DNA of 20,000 nucleotides, from the NCBI RefSeq assembly GCF_004010195.1, contig NC_057718.1, positions 99,359,256-99,379,255 on the forward strand. Reading direction: 5' to 3'. The notes beneath the pieces were generated by a model that saw only the letters and a program-made list of their open reading frames with translations, did no database searches and was not told the DNA's origin. The DNA comes from Chiloscyllium plagiosum (Eukaryota). Shown here piece after piece: positions 9,343 to 19,797 of this stretch (position 1 is the first letter of the stretch; each line of letters begins with the position of its first letter). The translations under genes were made by a program, and so were the position numbers.

Positions 9343-9894
9343 AATTTACTGACACTGTGATGGCTCCTGACCCAAAAGCACTGATGTTGTAGTAAAAGTT
9401 ATTTTAATATTCTGGCGCAAAAAATCAAGAGGACATTGGTGTTTCAGTGCAGCATGGTCCACTTTTACATTATGCTGTGCTGCCATTACAGACGCCTGAA
9501 CTCCATATTCTTTAAATTAGTCCTTATCTTAATTAAATCCCATTTAGATTCTTTCGAGCAGTGTTTCAGAATCTCCTCCAGATATTTTACCAAGGCAGGA
9601 ACATGCATGCATTAGGGATTGTTGTTATCAGAAATTCACCTCTCTTGTGCTAATTGATTCCAGGCTGATTGCATTCAGATAAACCTCTTTACAACCACAT
9701 ACTTTGCAATGCAATAACGAAAATGAGGCACTTTGTAAAAACAGCTAAAGCCTTGTTGAACCCAGATGAAGGCAGTTCATCAAAAAAAAATGGCCAGTGG
9801 GCCTTTTGTTGTGAAACTAAGGGGGAAAGTAAAACCGTGCAGCAGTTCGAGCTGAGTTTGGGTCCGATTGCTCACAGTTCACGTACCCTCTGGA

Positions 9895-10376
9895 GGGCCA
9901 ATATTTACCTCTCAGTGCACATTTGACTTCTCCAAGGCAACTGGGGATGGATGATAAATACTGGACCTGACTAGCGTTGCCTGAATGAATTGAGAAAAAA
10001 AGATTACTGAAACGTATCAGCCCAGTGGGATCTTGCTGTGTGCAGACTGGTGGCTGCATCGTCCACACCACAACACGGGCTGCACGTCAGAAAGGACTAC
10101 ACTGTGAAAGAGGTTCACATAGGCCAGTAACCCATCACCCTTTAGTTACATGCAAACAGCCCTTTGCCTATAGTACTGCCTCATCCAGTCAGGCACCAGG
10201 GTAGCAGTGTCTCTGATACTGTCAGCCAGGGCTCCCTGATTGGGCCAGGTTAACAGCCCAAATCGGGGACCTCCATAAGGTCCAACAGGGCTGACTTCCT
10301 AACAATCACTGCACGTTGGTTTGAGAGTGCTGTGAGCCGTTTGGTGGATGTGACATGCGCTTTTTAAATGCGATTC
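9895..10376 (+). mobile_element. DeuSINE (AmnSINE1/SacSINE1-like) relic in three pieces (~9895-9920, ~10000-10102, 10314-10376)
   Basis: GGCCAATATTTA..CTCA, GTGGGATCTTGCTGTGTGCAGA.TGG..GCTGC and TTGG...GTGACATGCGCTTTTTAAATGC occur in the order of the recalled AmnSINE1 3' consensus. Confidence 0.6.
10103..10313 (-). mobile_element. Probable solo LTR
   Basis: TG...CA termini; interrupts the DeuSINE relic; CCAATCAGGGAGCC on the minus strand. No clean target-site duplication is visible. Confidence 0.45.
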
Positions 10377-11113
10377 AATTCGAAAGCAGATTCAGCCTTG
10401 TGAACAGGCATCATCGAACCCCCCAAGGGGGAGACATGATGTCATATTACGGCACTTTGATCCGCACCAGCATTGATTCCACTACAGCCAGGTGTGAAGA
10501 CCAACGTAATTACTTTGGGGGACATTCAAATTCCATCTGTAAAGGCTGGAAATGCTAACTAGGGCCAGACAATCGGAGCATCTGTGTCCTCATGTTACCT
10601 GTGATGCAATACTCCTGTTTCCTCATCCTCTTGAATTACATGAGGAAGGTTTATATGTGCGCCCTGACTTCATTGAAAATTGAGCTAATTTCGATCAATT
10701 GACCAGCTATTAGTTAAAAGATTCATCTCCATCTCAATCAGGGTCAGGGGTAATCTGTTGCAGAGTGAATATGCAGGAGATGCTTCTCAAATGTCATGTT
10801 GTTTCACAAGGCAATCTCCTTTTGTTCTTTACACACGATGTGGCACAATGAGTTTTCAGTGAGTCACTGTATTGTACGCTGCGGTGTGAAACGGAGTTTG
10901 GCTGTGTGTGAGTGGGCGTCGGCAGCCCCAGGATAACCCACTTCTGGGTGGCAAGGCACAAAACGCAAAGTAGGTCACAGCCAAGTGCCCACGCAGAGGG
11001 AAAAACCAGCACAGACCAGTACGGAACCTGTATGAAACCAGAGCAAGATCTACTGACGTATACTGGCTTTGATCCAGTGGATTCATTCTGGAGGTGACCA
11101 CAAGTCCTCGAGT

Positions 11114-11428
11114 CACGGTGGCACAGTGGTTAGCACTGCTGCCTCACAGCGCCAGAGACCCAGGTTCAGTTCCCACCTCGGGCAACTGTCTGTGTGGAGT
11201 TTGCACATTCTCACTGTGTCTGCGTGGGTTTCCTCCGGGTGGTCTGGTTTCCTCCCACAGTCCAAAGATGTGCAGGTCAGGTGAATTGGCCGTGTTAAAT
11301 TGCCCATAGTGTTAGGTGAAGGGGTAAGTGTAGGGGAATGGGTCTGGGTGGGTTGCTCTTCGGAGGGTTGATGTAGACTTGTTGGGCCGAAGGGCCTGTT
11401 TCCACACTGCAAGTAATCTAATCTAATC
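11114..11428 (+). mobile_element. Full-length HE1-like V-SINE
   Basis: tRNA head GGTGGCACAGTGGTTAGCACTGCTGCCTCACAGCGCCAGAGACCCAGGTTCAGTTCC, V domain, LINE-derived tail GTTGGGCCGAAGGGCCTGTTTCCACACTG and TAATC repeats. Confidence 0.93.
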
Positions 11429-12418
11429 ATAGAGATGTACAGCATGGAAACAGACCTTTCGGTTCAACTCATCCATGCCGACCAAATATCCTAAATTAGT
11501 CTTGTCCATTTGCCAGCACTTGGCCCATATCCCTGTAAACCATTCTGATTCATATATCCATCCAGATGCCTTTTAAATGTTGTAATTGTACCAGCCTCCA
11601 CCACTTCCTCTGGCAGCTCATTCCATACACGCACCACCCTCTGTGTGAGAAACTTGCCCCCTAGGTCCCTTTTATATCTTTTCCCTCTCACCCTAAACCT
11701 ATGTTCTTTAGTTCTGGACTCCCCCCACTTGGGGGAAAAGACCTTGCCTATTTATCCTATCCATGCCCCTCATAATTTTGTAAACCTCTATAAGGTCATC
11801 CCTCAGCCTCTGACACTCCAGGGAAAACAGCTCCAGCCTGTGCAGCCTCTCCCTGTAGCTCAAATCCTCCAACTCTGGCAACATCCTTGTAAATCTTTTC
11901 TGAACCCTTTCCAGTTTCACAACATTCTTCCTCTCGCAGGGAGATCAGAATTACACGTAGTATTCTAAAGGTGACCTAACCAATGACTTGTACAGCAGCA
12001 ACGTGACCTCCCAACTCCTGTACTCAATACTCTGACCAATAAAGGAAAGCATGCCAAACGCCTTCTTCACTATTCTATTCATCTGCAACTCCACTTTCAA
12101 GGAGCTATGAACCTGCACTCCAAGGTCTCTTTGTTCAGTAACTCTCCCCAGGACCTTACCATTAAGTGTATAAGTCCTGCTAAGATTTGTTTTCTCAAAA
12201 TGCAGCACCTTGCATTTATCTGAATTAAACTCCATCTGCCACTTCCCAGCCCATTGGCCCATCTGGTCAAGATCCTGTTGTAGTCCGAGGTAACCTTCTT
12301 CGCTGTACACTACACCTCCAATTTTGCAGTCATCTGTAAACTTACTAACTATGCCTCCAATGTTCATATCCAAATCATTTATATAAATGACGAAAAGCAG
12401 TGGATCCAGCACTGATCC
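11428..12418 (-). mobile_element. HER1-like CR1 LINE, 5'-truncated copy 2 (frameshifted RT)
   Basis: GSVLDPLLFVIYINDLD...SKFTDDCKIGG...LQQDLD...WQMEFNSDKCKVLHF...LERVQKRFTRMLP...WNELPEEVV, spread over several broken frames. Confidence 0.95.
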
Positions 12419-12619
12419 AACGATCATTCTGAATTTTCTCGATTACTCCACGGTTAGAGCCGAGACTGCCCCTCATCAGAGCTTTCTGTTCATCATCACA
12501 TTTGTCTTCATTTTAGTTTCAGTATGTTCCTTCTCCACAGCGACCACTATATCTTCCACCTTTATAACTGTAGTGATAAACCCTTGATAAAAACACATCA
12601 TGCTCATTAAAATGATTGA

Positions 12620-12728
12620 ATCTCAGCAGATCTGAAACATATATGGGGAGAAAGCAAGAGTTAACCCAAAAGTTGAGTTCTGAAGAAGGGTGATTAGACT
12701 CGAACTGATAAATCTGCTTTCTCTCCAC
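12620..12728. mobile_element. Two degenerate Penelope-like terminal fragments in inverted orientation, with a decayed hammerhead motif (~12675-12712, plus)
   Basis: TGGGGAGAAAGC (~12644-12655) pairs with GCTTTCTCTCCA (~12716-12727). CTGAAGA-A-GGGTG-ATTA-GACTC-GAAC resembles the other hammerhead motifs. A related fragment lies at 16820-16905. Confidence 0.5.
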
Positions 12729-13342
12729 CTCATCTTCATTTTCATGTTGTTACAGAATGAGTGGATTCACACACATGTGATGACTCATGTTTCTCTGTTA
12801 ATCCTTGCCACTACCATCAGTACTTCCAAACTCTCAGCGTAGTGGTGTTATCAGTAACAGGCACTCAGCAATGCAGTGAACTATATATGGTAAGTACAGC
12901 GTTTCAATAGACTATTCAGCCCAAAGATTCCATGCTAATATTTATTCCCTATGTAAGTGTTCTCCCACTTCCCTTCATCTAACCCCACCAATGTACTTTT
13001 TTATTCCTCTCTCCATCATGTGGGCATCCAATTCCTGCTTAATGTGAATAGATATTGCTTCGAAACTGTAGTGACAGAAATGCCTTGTTTGAAACCAATG
13101 GAAATACTGACAATCTGTTTTCCCAGAACAGAGAACTACATTAGAGCACTGACTGTCTCCAAACAGAGCTCCCTTAGCAAGGCACTGTTTTTATGTTGCC
13201 TGGATGTTGAGCAGTGAGGAGGAAGACTCATCTTAAGGGACTTCAGTTTGAGACAGGGCACCATTTCACCTTTCACCTGTTCCTTCCATACCATTGCCTG
13301 GGGCGTATGGTACCATCGTAGCAAAGACACTGGATTAGTAAT

Positions 13343-14787
13343 AGAGTCATAGAGGCACAGAGTTGTACAGTACGGAAACAGACCCTTTGGTCCAATTCAT
13401 CCACGCTGACAAGATATCCCAACCTAATCTAGTCCCATTTGCCAGCACTCGGCCCATATCCCTCTCAAACCTTCCTATTCATATACCCATCCAGATGCCT
13501 GTTAAATGTTGCAATTGTACCAGCCTCCACCACTTCCTCTGGCAGCTCATTCCATACACGTACCACCCTCTCCATGAAGAAGTTGCCCCTTAGGTCTCTT
13601 TTATATCTTTGTCCTCTCACCCTAAACCTATGCCCTCTAGTTCTGAACTCCCTGACTCCAGGGAAAAGACCTTGTCTATTTATCCTATCCATGCCCCTCA
13701 TGATTTTATAAACCTCTACATGGTCACCCCTCAGCTTCCCACGCTCCAGGGAAAACAGCCTCAGGCAGTTCAGCCTCTCCCTTTAGCTCAAATCCTCTAA
13801 TCCTGGCAACATGACCTCTCAACTCCTATATTGAATGCTCTGACCAATAAAGGAAAGTATGTCAAATGGCTTCTTCACTATCCTATCTACCTGCGACTCT
13901 ACTTTCAAGCAACTATGAACCTGCATTCCAAGGTCTCTTTGTTCAGCAACATTCCCTAGGACCTTACCATTAAGTGTATAAGATTTGCTTTCCCAAAATG
14001 CAGCACCTTGCATTTATCTAAATTAAACTTCATCTGCCTAATCTCATTGGCCCATCTTATCAAGATCCTGTTGTAATCTGAGGTAACCTTCTTCACTGTC
14101 CACCAAACCTCCAATTTTGGTGTAATCTGCAAACTTACTAACTGTACCTTTTATGCTCACATCCAAATTATTTATATAAATGATGAAAAGTAGCGGACCC
14201 AGCACTGATCCTTGTGGCACTCCACTGGTTACAGGCCTCCACTCTGAAAAACAACCCTCCACTACCACCCTCTGTCTTCTACCTTCGAACCAGTTCTGTT
14301 TCCAAATGGCTAGTTCTCCCTGAAATCCATGCGATCTAATCTTGCTAACCAGCCTCCATGGGGAACCTTGTCGAACGCCTTACTGCAGTCCATATAGATC
14401 ACGTCCACCACTCTGTCCTCATCAATCCTCTTTGTTACATTTTCAAAAAACTCAATCAAGTTTGTGAGACATAATTTCCCACACACAAAGCCATGTTGAC
14501 TATCTTTAAGCAGATCTTGCCTTTGCAAATACATGTACGTCCAGTCCCTCAGGATTCTCTCCAACAACTTGGCCACCACCAATGGCAGGCTCACCAGTCT
14601 ATTGTTCCCTGACTTTGTCCTTACTACCATTTTAAAATAATGGTACCACGTTAGCCAACCTCCAGTCTTCTGGCACCTCACCTGTGACTATCGATGATAC
14701 AAGTATCTCAGCAAGGGGCCCAGCTTCCCACAGAGTTCTAAGGTACACCTGATCAGGTCCTGGGGATTTATCCGCCTTTATGCGTTC
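13343..14787 (-). mobile_element. HER1-like CR1 LINE, 5'-truncated copy 3 (longest; RT domain with stops, frameshifts and deletions)
   Basis: KSPGPDQ...EVPEDWRLANVVPLF...SQHGF...CLTNLIEFFE...DVIYMDCSKAFDKVPH...VTSGVPQGSVLGPLLFIIYIN...FADYTKIGG; flanked by AGTAAT at 13337-13342 and 14788-14793. Confidence 0.95.
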
Positions 14788-14879
14788 AGTAATCTGGAGG
14801 TCCAGGCTGATACTTTGAGGACATGAGTTTGACTCACACAGTGGCAGCTGATGAAATGTAATGGGGACCATAAAGCAAG

Positions 14880-14990
14880 CATAAGAAGTAAGAGGAGGCC
14901 ATTCAGCCCCTCAAGCCTTCTCTGCCCCAGGCCTGAACTCCCCTTTTGTGCCAGCTCCTCACGGTCCTCAACTCCTCAATATTTCAGAAT
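14880..14990 (-). mobile_element. CR1 3' tail fragment
   Basis: GGAGGCCATTCAGCCCCTCAAGCCT matches the reverse complement of the CR1 tails elsewhere in the window. Confidence 0.55.
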
Positions 14991-15289
14991 AGGACAATTA
15001 CATAAGAAATCGGACATCAAATGTTGTAAAAACGCATCAGTTTCACAAGTGCCCCTAAGGAAGGAAGTCTCCTATCCTACATGTGACTCCAGACCCACAG
15101 CTATATGGTTGACTCTTAACTGTCCTCTGAAATGGCCCAACACGTAATTAAATTCAAGGGAAAATCAAAGATGGGCAACATTGCATTAACGAATATATTT
15201 TCTTAAAACTAACAAGATGTTATGAACTGACAATGTGTCAAGGGAAGTTATTGGATGCTTCCTGTCTTTGTCAGGTCTTTGAAAGATTA

Positions 15290-15680
15290 ACTAATTAGTC
15301 CCAACACCCCCAACTCTATCCCCATAACCCTGAAAATATTTGAAGTATTTATCCAATTCTCTGGTGGAAGTGATGATAGAAAATGCATCTCGTGTCCTTT
15401 CAGGCAGCAAATTCCCGACCACAACAACTTGCTGCGTAAAGTTATTTTGCTTAAATATTTTAAGTCTGGGCTTCCTCTGACTCTTCTGCGAGTGGAACAA
15501 TTTTCTATCAAAACCCTTTAGGATCTTGAACACTTTAATCAAATCTCTCCTTATCATCCCCAGCTGGCAGGCAAACAACCTACATAACTGAAGATACGTT
15601 CTGGGTATCATCCCACTCTCTCTCCTCTGTATTCTCTGTAAAGGCTTAATGACCTTCCTAAAGTGTGGTGCTTGGAATCG
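15290..15680 (-). mobile_element. Old CR1 LINE 3' fragment
   Basis: ORF 15291-15611 retains RRDLIKVFKILKGFDR...NNFTQQVVVVGNLLP...RELDKY. Confidence 0.75.
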
Positions 15681-15774
15681 TTCAGCCTAATCTTAATATG
15701 TGTTCCATTATGAGAGTTAGGGAACCCGTGATTTGAAATTCCTCTGTTGCTCTCTCCTGTGTACTCGAGTGTTC

Positions 15775-15930
15775 ATATATCCCTGCACTCCGCCAATCCG
15801 GAACTCTTTAACAACTCCTGTTATTATCTCTTTACCATTGGATTCTGTGACTTCAGTTGCCTGTGGAATCTCTGTCCTGAAGTTCTCAATCTCTCTTTCC
15901 CGATTCCCTCCTTTGGAGTGCTCCTTATAA
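15775..15930 (+). mobile_element. Degenerate L2-like LINE 3' fragment
   Basis: CTGCACTCCGCCAAT...ACCATTGG...CTTCAGTTGCC..TGGAAT...CCTTTGGAGTGCTCCTTA resembles the L2 ORF2 end (G.RAFS...WN.LP...FK..LK). Confidence 0.45.
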
Positions 15931-15944
15931 TGTAGCAACACAGG

Positions 15945-16790
15945 AGCATAGGATCTGGGAGCAGATATGGGCCATTTGGCCCTTCCACGTGCTCCCCCAT
16001 TCAACAAAGTCATGGCTGGTCTGGTTAGGGTGGCATGGTGGCTCAGTGGTTCACACTACTGCCTCACAGCAGCAGGGACCACGGTTCGACTTCAGCCTCG
16101 GGCAACTGTCTGTGTGGAGTTTGCACATTCCTCCCACAATCCAAAGATGCGCAGTTTGGGTGAATTGGTTATGCTAAATTGCCCTATAGTGTTCAGGGAT
16201 GTGTATGCTGGATGCATTAGTCAAGGGTAAATGTAGGGGAATGAGTCTGGGTGGGTTACTGTTTGGAGGGTCAGTGTGGACTTGTTGGGCTGAAGGGCCT
16301 GTTTCCATACTGTAAGGGTTCTATTCTATTCTTATAGCCGAACCTCTCTTTCTTGTCTGTCTCTCATAACTCTTGAATCTCACATCTGTCAAAAATCTAT
16401 TGAATGCAGCCTTGAGTAAAGAGCCAGCTTTCACTGAGAATTCCACAATGTAATGTCTCTCGGACAGAAAATAATAATTCCTCATCTCTGTTTTAAATTG
16501 GGAGCATCTTATTTTTCAAACAGATTCCCTTGTCTTAGTTCCTCCCACAGGATTCCCCATGTTTCCACCCGATCAATTCCCCTCAAGATCTTGCATGTTA
16601 CAATGAACTAATCTTCTAAAACCAAACCAAAGGATCTGCTCACCTGTAATGCAAATAGATCTACCCTGTTCAACCTTTCACCTCATAGGACAAGCCTTTC
16701 ACCCCAGGAATGAGTCGAGTGCACCTTCTTTGAACTGCTTCTAAAGCATTTAATCTCTTTCAAATAAAGGGGCTCACACTGTGCACAGTA
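15945..16790 (-). mobile_element. Old CR1 LINE 3' fragment interrupted by the SINE at 16027-16332
   Basis: Reverse-complement tail GGAGCAG...GGCCATTTGGCCCTT...CCATTCAACAAAGTCATGGCTG at 15958-16023. CR1-like sequence resumes at ~16335 (AAAAATCTAT...GAATTCCACA...TTCCTCATCTCTGTTTTAAA). Confidence 0.6.
16027..16332 (+). mobile_element. HE1-like V-SINE with an internal V-domain deletion
   Basis: A box GGTGGCTCAGTGG, B box GGTTCGACTTC; TTGCACATTC joins directly to CTCCCACAATCCAAAGATG; ends in TTCTA repeats. Confidence 0.88.
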
Positions 16791-17184
16791 ACCGTGAAAT
16801 AGGAATAAAACACAAACAGCTGCTGCTGGGGATGTGAAGCAAACAAAAACAGAAATTGCTGGAGAAACTCAATGGGCCTGGCACTATCTGTGACGAGAAA
16901 GCAGCCGAGACCTTACACTTTGTACAGCTCCAGTAAAATGTTCCTATTTTTATATTCTATTCTCCTTGCAATAAACATTCCATTTGCTCTCCTCACCACA
17001 TGATGCAATTGGATACTAACTTTGTATGATTCAGTTCCATTCCTATTTTCTTTGACTAGGCTTTTGGGTCACCCAGGACACGATCTCTTTAACTGGCTCA
17101 GTTTGTTCTATAAAGCCTCTGTAAAGTGTTTTGGGACATCCCCTTACAAAAAGCACTACAAAAGGGCACTTCCTTGGTGTTTTA

Positions 17185-17712
17185 ATTGATTTGATTTGAT
17201 TTAGTACTGTCACGTGTCCTCAGATACAGTGAAAAGTGGTGTCTTATGTGTTTTACTGGGAGTTCGTACCATACAGTGTTCATCAGGGTAGCAAAACAGA
17301 GCGCAGGATACAGTGTTACTGCTACTAGAGAAGGTGCAGAGAGAGATCAACATTAACATTAAAGAGGTCTGTTCAAAAGCCTGGTAACAGCGGGGAATAA
17401 GCTGTTCTTGAATCTATTTGTACATGTATACAGACTTTTATATCTCCTGCCTCTTAGAAGATGGTGGAAGGGAGTATCTTCAGGGTGGGAAAGGTCTTTG
17501 ATGATGTTGGTTGTTTTCCCGAGGCAGTGGGAAGTGTAGATGGAGTCAATGGATGGAAGGCTGGTTAGCAAGATAGACTGGGCTGTGGTCATGACTGTCT
17601 GTGTAGTTTCTTGCAATCTTGGGAAGACCAGTTCCCATACCAAGCTGTGATGCATTCAGATAGGATGCTTTCTGTGATGCATCTATAAAAATTGGTAAGA
17701 CGGACATGCCCT
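17185..17712 (-). mobile_element. Rex1/Babar LINE 3' end
   Basis: Minus-strand frames give NFYRCITESILSECITAWYGN and LPSIDSIYTSHC...IIKDLSHP...GRRYKSL..CTNRFKNSLFPAVTRLLN (Rex1 RT C-terminal signature); the tail ends in ATCAA repeats. Confidence 0.85.
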
Positions 17713-17846
17713 GTATTTGCAAATCTGAATCTCGGTTATCCCCTTTCAATTTTGTATCCAGGCAGAAAGGGATATAGGGTAATATGATTCTGGATCAGTG
17801 GTGCTGGAAGAGCACAGCAATTCAGGCAGCATCCGAGGACAGGCAA

Positions 17847-17882
17847 AATCGACGTTTCGGGCAAAAGCCCTTCATCAGGAAT
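17847..17882 (-). ncRNA. Minimal type I hammerhead ribozyme with intact catalytic core
   Basis: ATTC-CTGATGA-A-GGGC-TTTT-GCCC-GAA-ACGT-C-GATT: CUGAUGA at 17878-17872, 4-bp stem II, GAAA at 17858-17855, palindromic ACGU stem III, GUC triplet with predicted cleavage between 17851 and 17850. Confidence 0.8.
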
Positions 17883-18088
17883 AAAGGCAGAGAGCCTGAA
17901 ACGTGGAGAGATAAGCTAGAGGAGGGTGGGGGTGGGGATAGAGTAGCATAGAGTACAATAGGTCAGTGGGGAAGGAGATGAAGGTGATAGGTCAGGGAAG
18001 AGAGGGTGGAGTGGATAGGTGGAAAACGAGCTGGGCAGGTCGGACAAGTCCGGACAGGTCAGGGGATCGAGTTTCTGGAGGTTAGAAG

Positions 18089-18340
18089 CTAGGATGAGGT
18101 GGGGGAACGGGAAATGAGGAAACTGTTGAAATCCACATTGATGCCCTGGGATTGAAGTGTTCCGAGGCGGAAGATGAGGCGTCCTTCCTCCAGGCGTCTG
18201 GTGGTGAGGGAGCGGCGGTGGAGGAGGCCCAGCACCTCCATATCCTCGGCAGAGTGGGAGGGGGAGTTGAAATGTTGAGCCACTGGGCGATGTGGTTGAT
18301 TGGTGCGGGTGTCTCGGAGATGTTCCCTAAAGCGCTCTGC
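18089..18340 (-). pseudogene. C-terminal half of a Penelope GIY-YIG endonuclease
   Basis: AERFREHLRD...PVAQHFNSPSH...RRLEEGRLIFRLGTLQSQGIN fits the PLE pattern R..EH...HF...H...R...E...I..L.T....G.N. The frame is open, but the GIY/YIG motifs are lost by truncation. Confidence 0.85.
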
Positions 18341-18479
18341 TAATATGGCATATTGATCAGTGATGACATGGGGTAGCAGACTAGAGGGGCTGAATAGCCT
18401 GCCTCTGTTCCTTTGATCCTCCAAATCTAGGTTCAAATTGTATCAACACTTGCACATAGCGACAGACTATTGCCCAATC

Positions 18480-18803
18480 TTTTTTTTTTATTCATTCGTG
18501 GGATGAGGGTGTCGCTGGCGAGGCGAGCATTTGTTGTCCAGAGGGCACTTCAGAGTCAACCCCATTGCTGTGGGTCTGGAGTCACATGTAGGCCAGGCCA
18601 GGTAAGGATGGCAGATTCCCTTCCCATTAATTAACCACTTGGGTTTTTCCATCAATCACTTCATGATCATCCTTAGATTCTTCATTTCAGATTTTTATTG
18701 GATTCAAATGCCATCATCTGCTGTGGCAGGATTTGAACCCAGGTCCCCAGAATATTACCTGGGTCTATGGGTTAACGGTTCAGCAATAATTCCACTAGGC
18801 CAG
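18480..18803 (-). mobile_element. tRNA-derived SINE, second family, near full length
   Basis: Minus strand: A box TGGCCTAGTGG, B box GGTTCAAATCC, 3' tail GCCAGCGACACCCTCATCCCACGAATGAAT plus A-run, matching the L2/CR1-group LINE tail at ~5590-5630. Confidence 0.8.
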
Positions 18804-19169
18804 CTATAGATCAGAGCGCCTCTCAGTCACATAGTGCTGCAACGATCTAATGGGGTCAGGTTGCGTCTTTCATGCTGATTCATATAAACGTCAGCTGCAT
18901 GTTCTCCATAAGGGGAGCTCTCTTGGTTTGTGTGTGTGACAGCGACAGACATAAGCCTGAGATTCCTCGGTGTGTCACTCCACCACTTGCCGTCTGCAAA
19001 ATGAGGCAGGCTCTGTGTGGCTGGAAACATGTGACCACAGAACCAGCACCTCCTCCCACGGATGGAAAATTGAGGGAATATGTTCCTTGGAATTATCTTC
19101 TCCTTTCTCTCTTTGTGAGTCGTGACTCATGCTGGGGTTACTTGTTAGAGTTGAATGAACATTTGTGGC

Positions 19170-19390
19170 TCAGAAAGTGGCCAGTCGGGCCATCGAGGCC
19201 ATGCCAGCTCCCTGTGGAATAATCCAGCCAGTTCCATTCTCCCCTCCTATTTTGGCAGGTTCAATTCCTTCGAGTGCCCATCCAATTTCCTTTGGGAATT
19301 GTCTGCTTCCTCCACGTTCATGGGCAGTGAGATCCGAATCATTACCACCCACTGTCTAAAGAAAAGGATCTTGCTCACATTACCCCCCCG
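19170..19390 (-). mobile_element. Old CR1 3' fragment
   Basis: GGCAGTGAGATCCGAATCATTACCACCCACTGTCTAAAGAAAAG is the decayed reverse complement of the FF.QRVV..WN.LP coding region; tail GGCCAGTCGGGCCATCGAG. Confidence 0.6.
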
Positions 19391-19580
19391 ACCATGACTC
19401 AAAATCTTGGGCTATCTCACCCTTGTATCTGCAGGTAACGGGATTGGGTTTTATGAACCTTTTAGAATGTTGTGTACAAGAGGGTGAATCCAAACTGACG
19501 ATATTGGGAGGGTTTTTGGTTGTGATAAAGCAGCTGCATTAGATTGGAGGCCATTCCTGTAATTACTCAAGGTCTCCATT

Positions 19581-19797
19581 CACACGCGCGCACACACACA
19601 GACACACACAGACAGGCACATACACACACACACACACAGACCTGGATTGTTTGTTATGTCTCACACACAGACGGACACACATACACATACATACACACAC
19701 ACACACAGACAGGCACACACACACAGACACACACAGACAGACACACACAGACACTCCTACACACACACACGCACACCCACATGCACACATATACATA
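19581..19797 (+). repeat. Imperfect (CA)n/(CAGA)n microsatellite region
   Basis: CA-rich tracts at 19581-19640 and 19662-19797, separated by a short unique spacer. Confidence 0.95.

Larger units (their letters stand above)
13308..15180 (+). mobile_element. Old tRNA-derived SINE (second family) split by younger CR1 insertions: ~13308-13342, 14788-14862, ~15050-15180
   Basis: Joining at the duplicated AGTAAT restores CACTGGATTAGTAATCTGGAGGTCCAGGCTGATACTTTGAGGACATGAGTTTGA. CCTACATGTGACTCCAGACCCACAGC...GGTTGACTCT is the reverse complement of 18552-18593. Confidence 0.65.
17787..18340 (-). mobile_element. 5'-truncated Penelope-like element (family B) with 7-bp target-site duplication
   Basis: TAATATG at 17780-17786 and 18341-18347; contains the endonuclease C-terminus, a pyrimidine-rich 3' region and an intact hammerhead core; inserted into a CR1 tail that continues to ~18412. 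Confidence 0.9.

Noticed and set aside
11114..11180. tRNA gene
   Set aside because: A/B boxes belong to a SINE head followed by V domain and LINE tail; no complete cloverleaf.
11951..14871. Reverse transcriptase ORFs as a functional gene or retron-like system
   Set aside because: 5'-truncated CR1 copies with frameshifts, stops and altered catalytic motifs (FTDD, FADY).
18827..19030. Minus-strand acceptor (CTCATTTTGCAG) followed by a short open frame; similar cases near 604, 4084 and 5156
   Set aside because: No recognisable product or consistent donor; such acceptor-like sites are frequent by chance.
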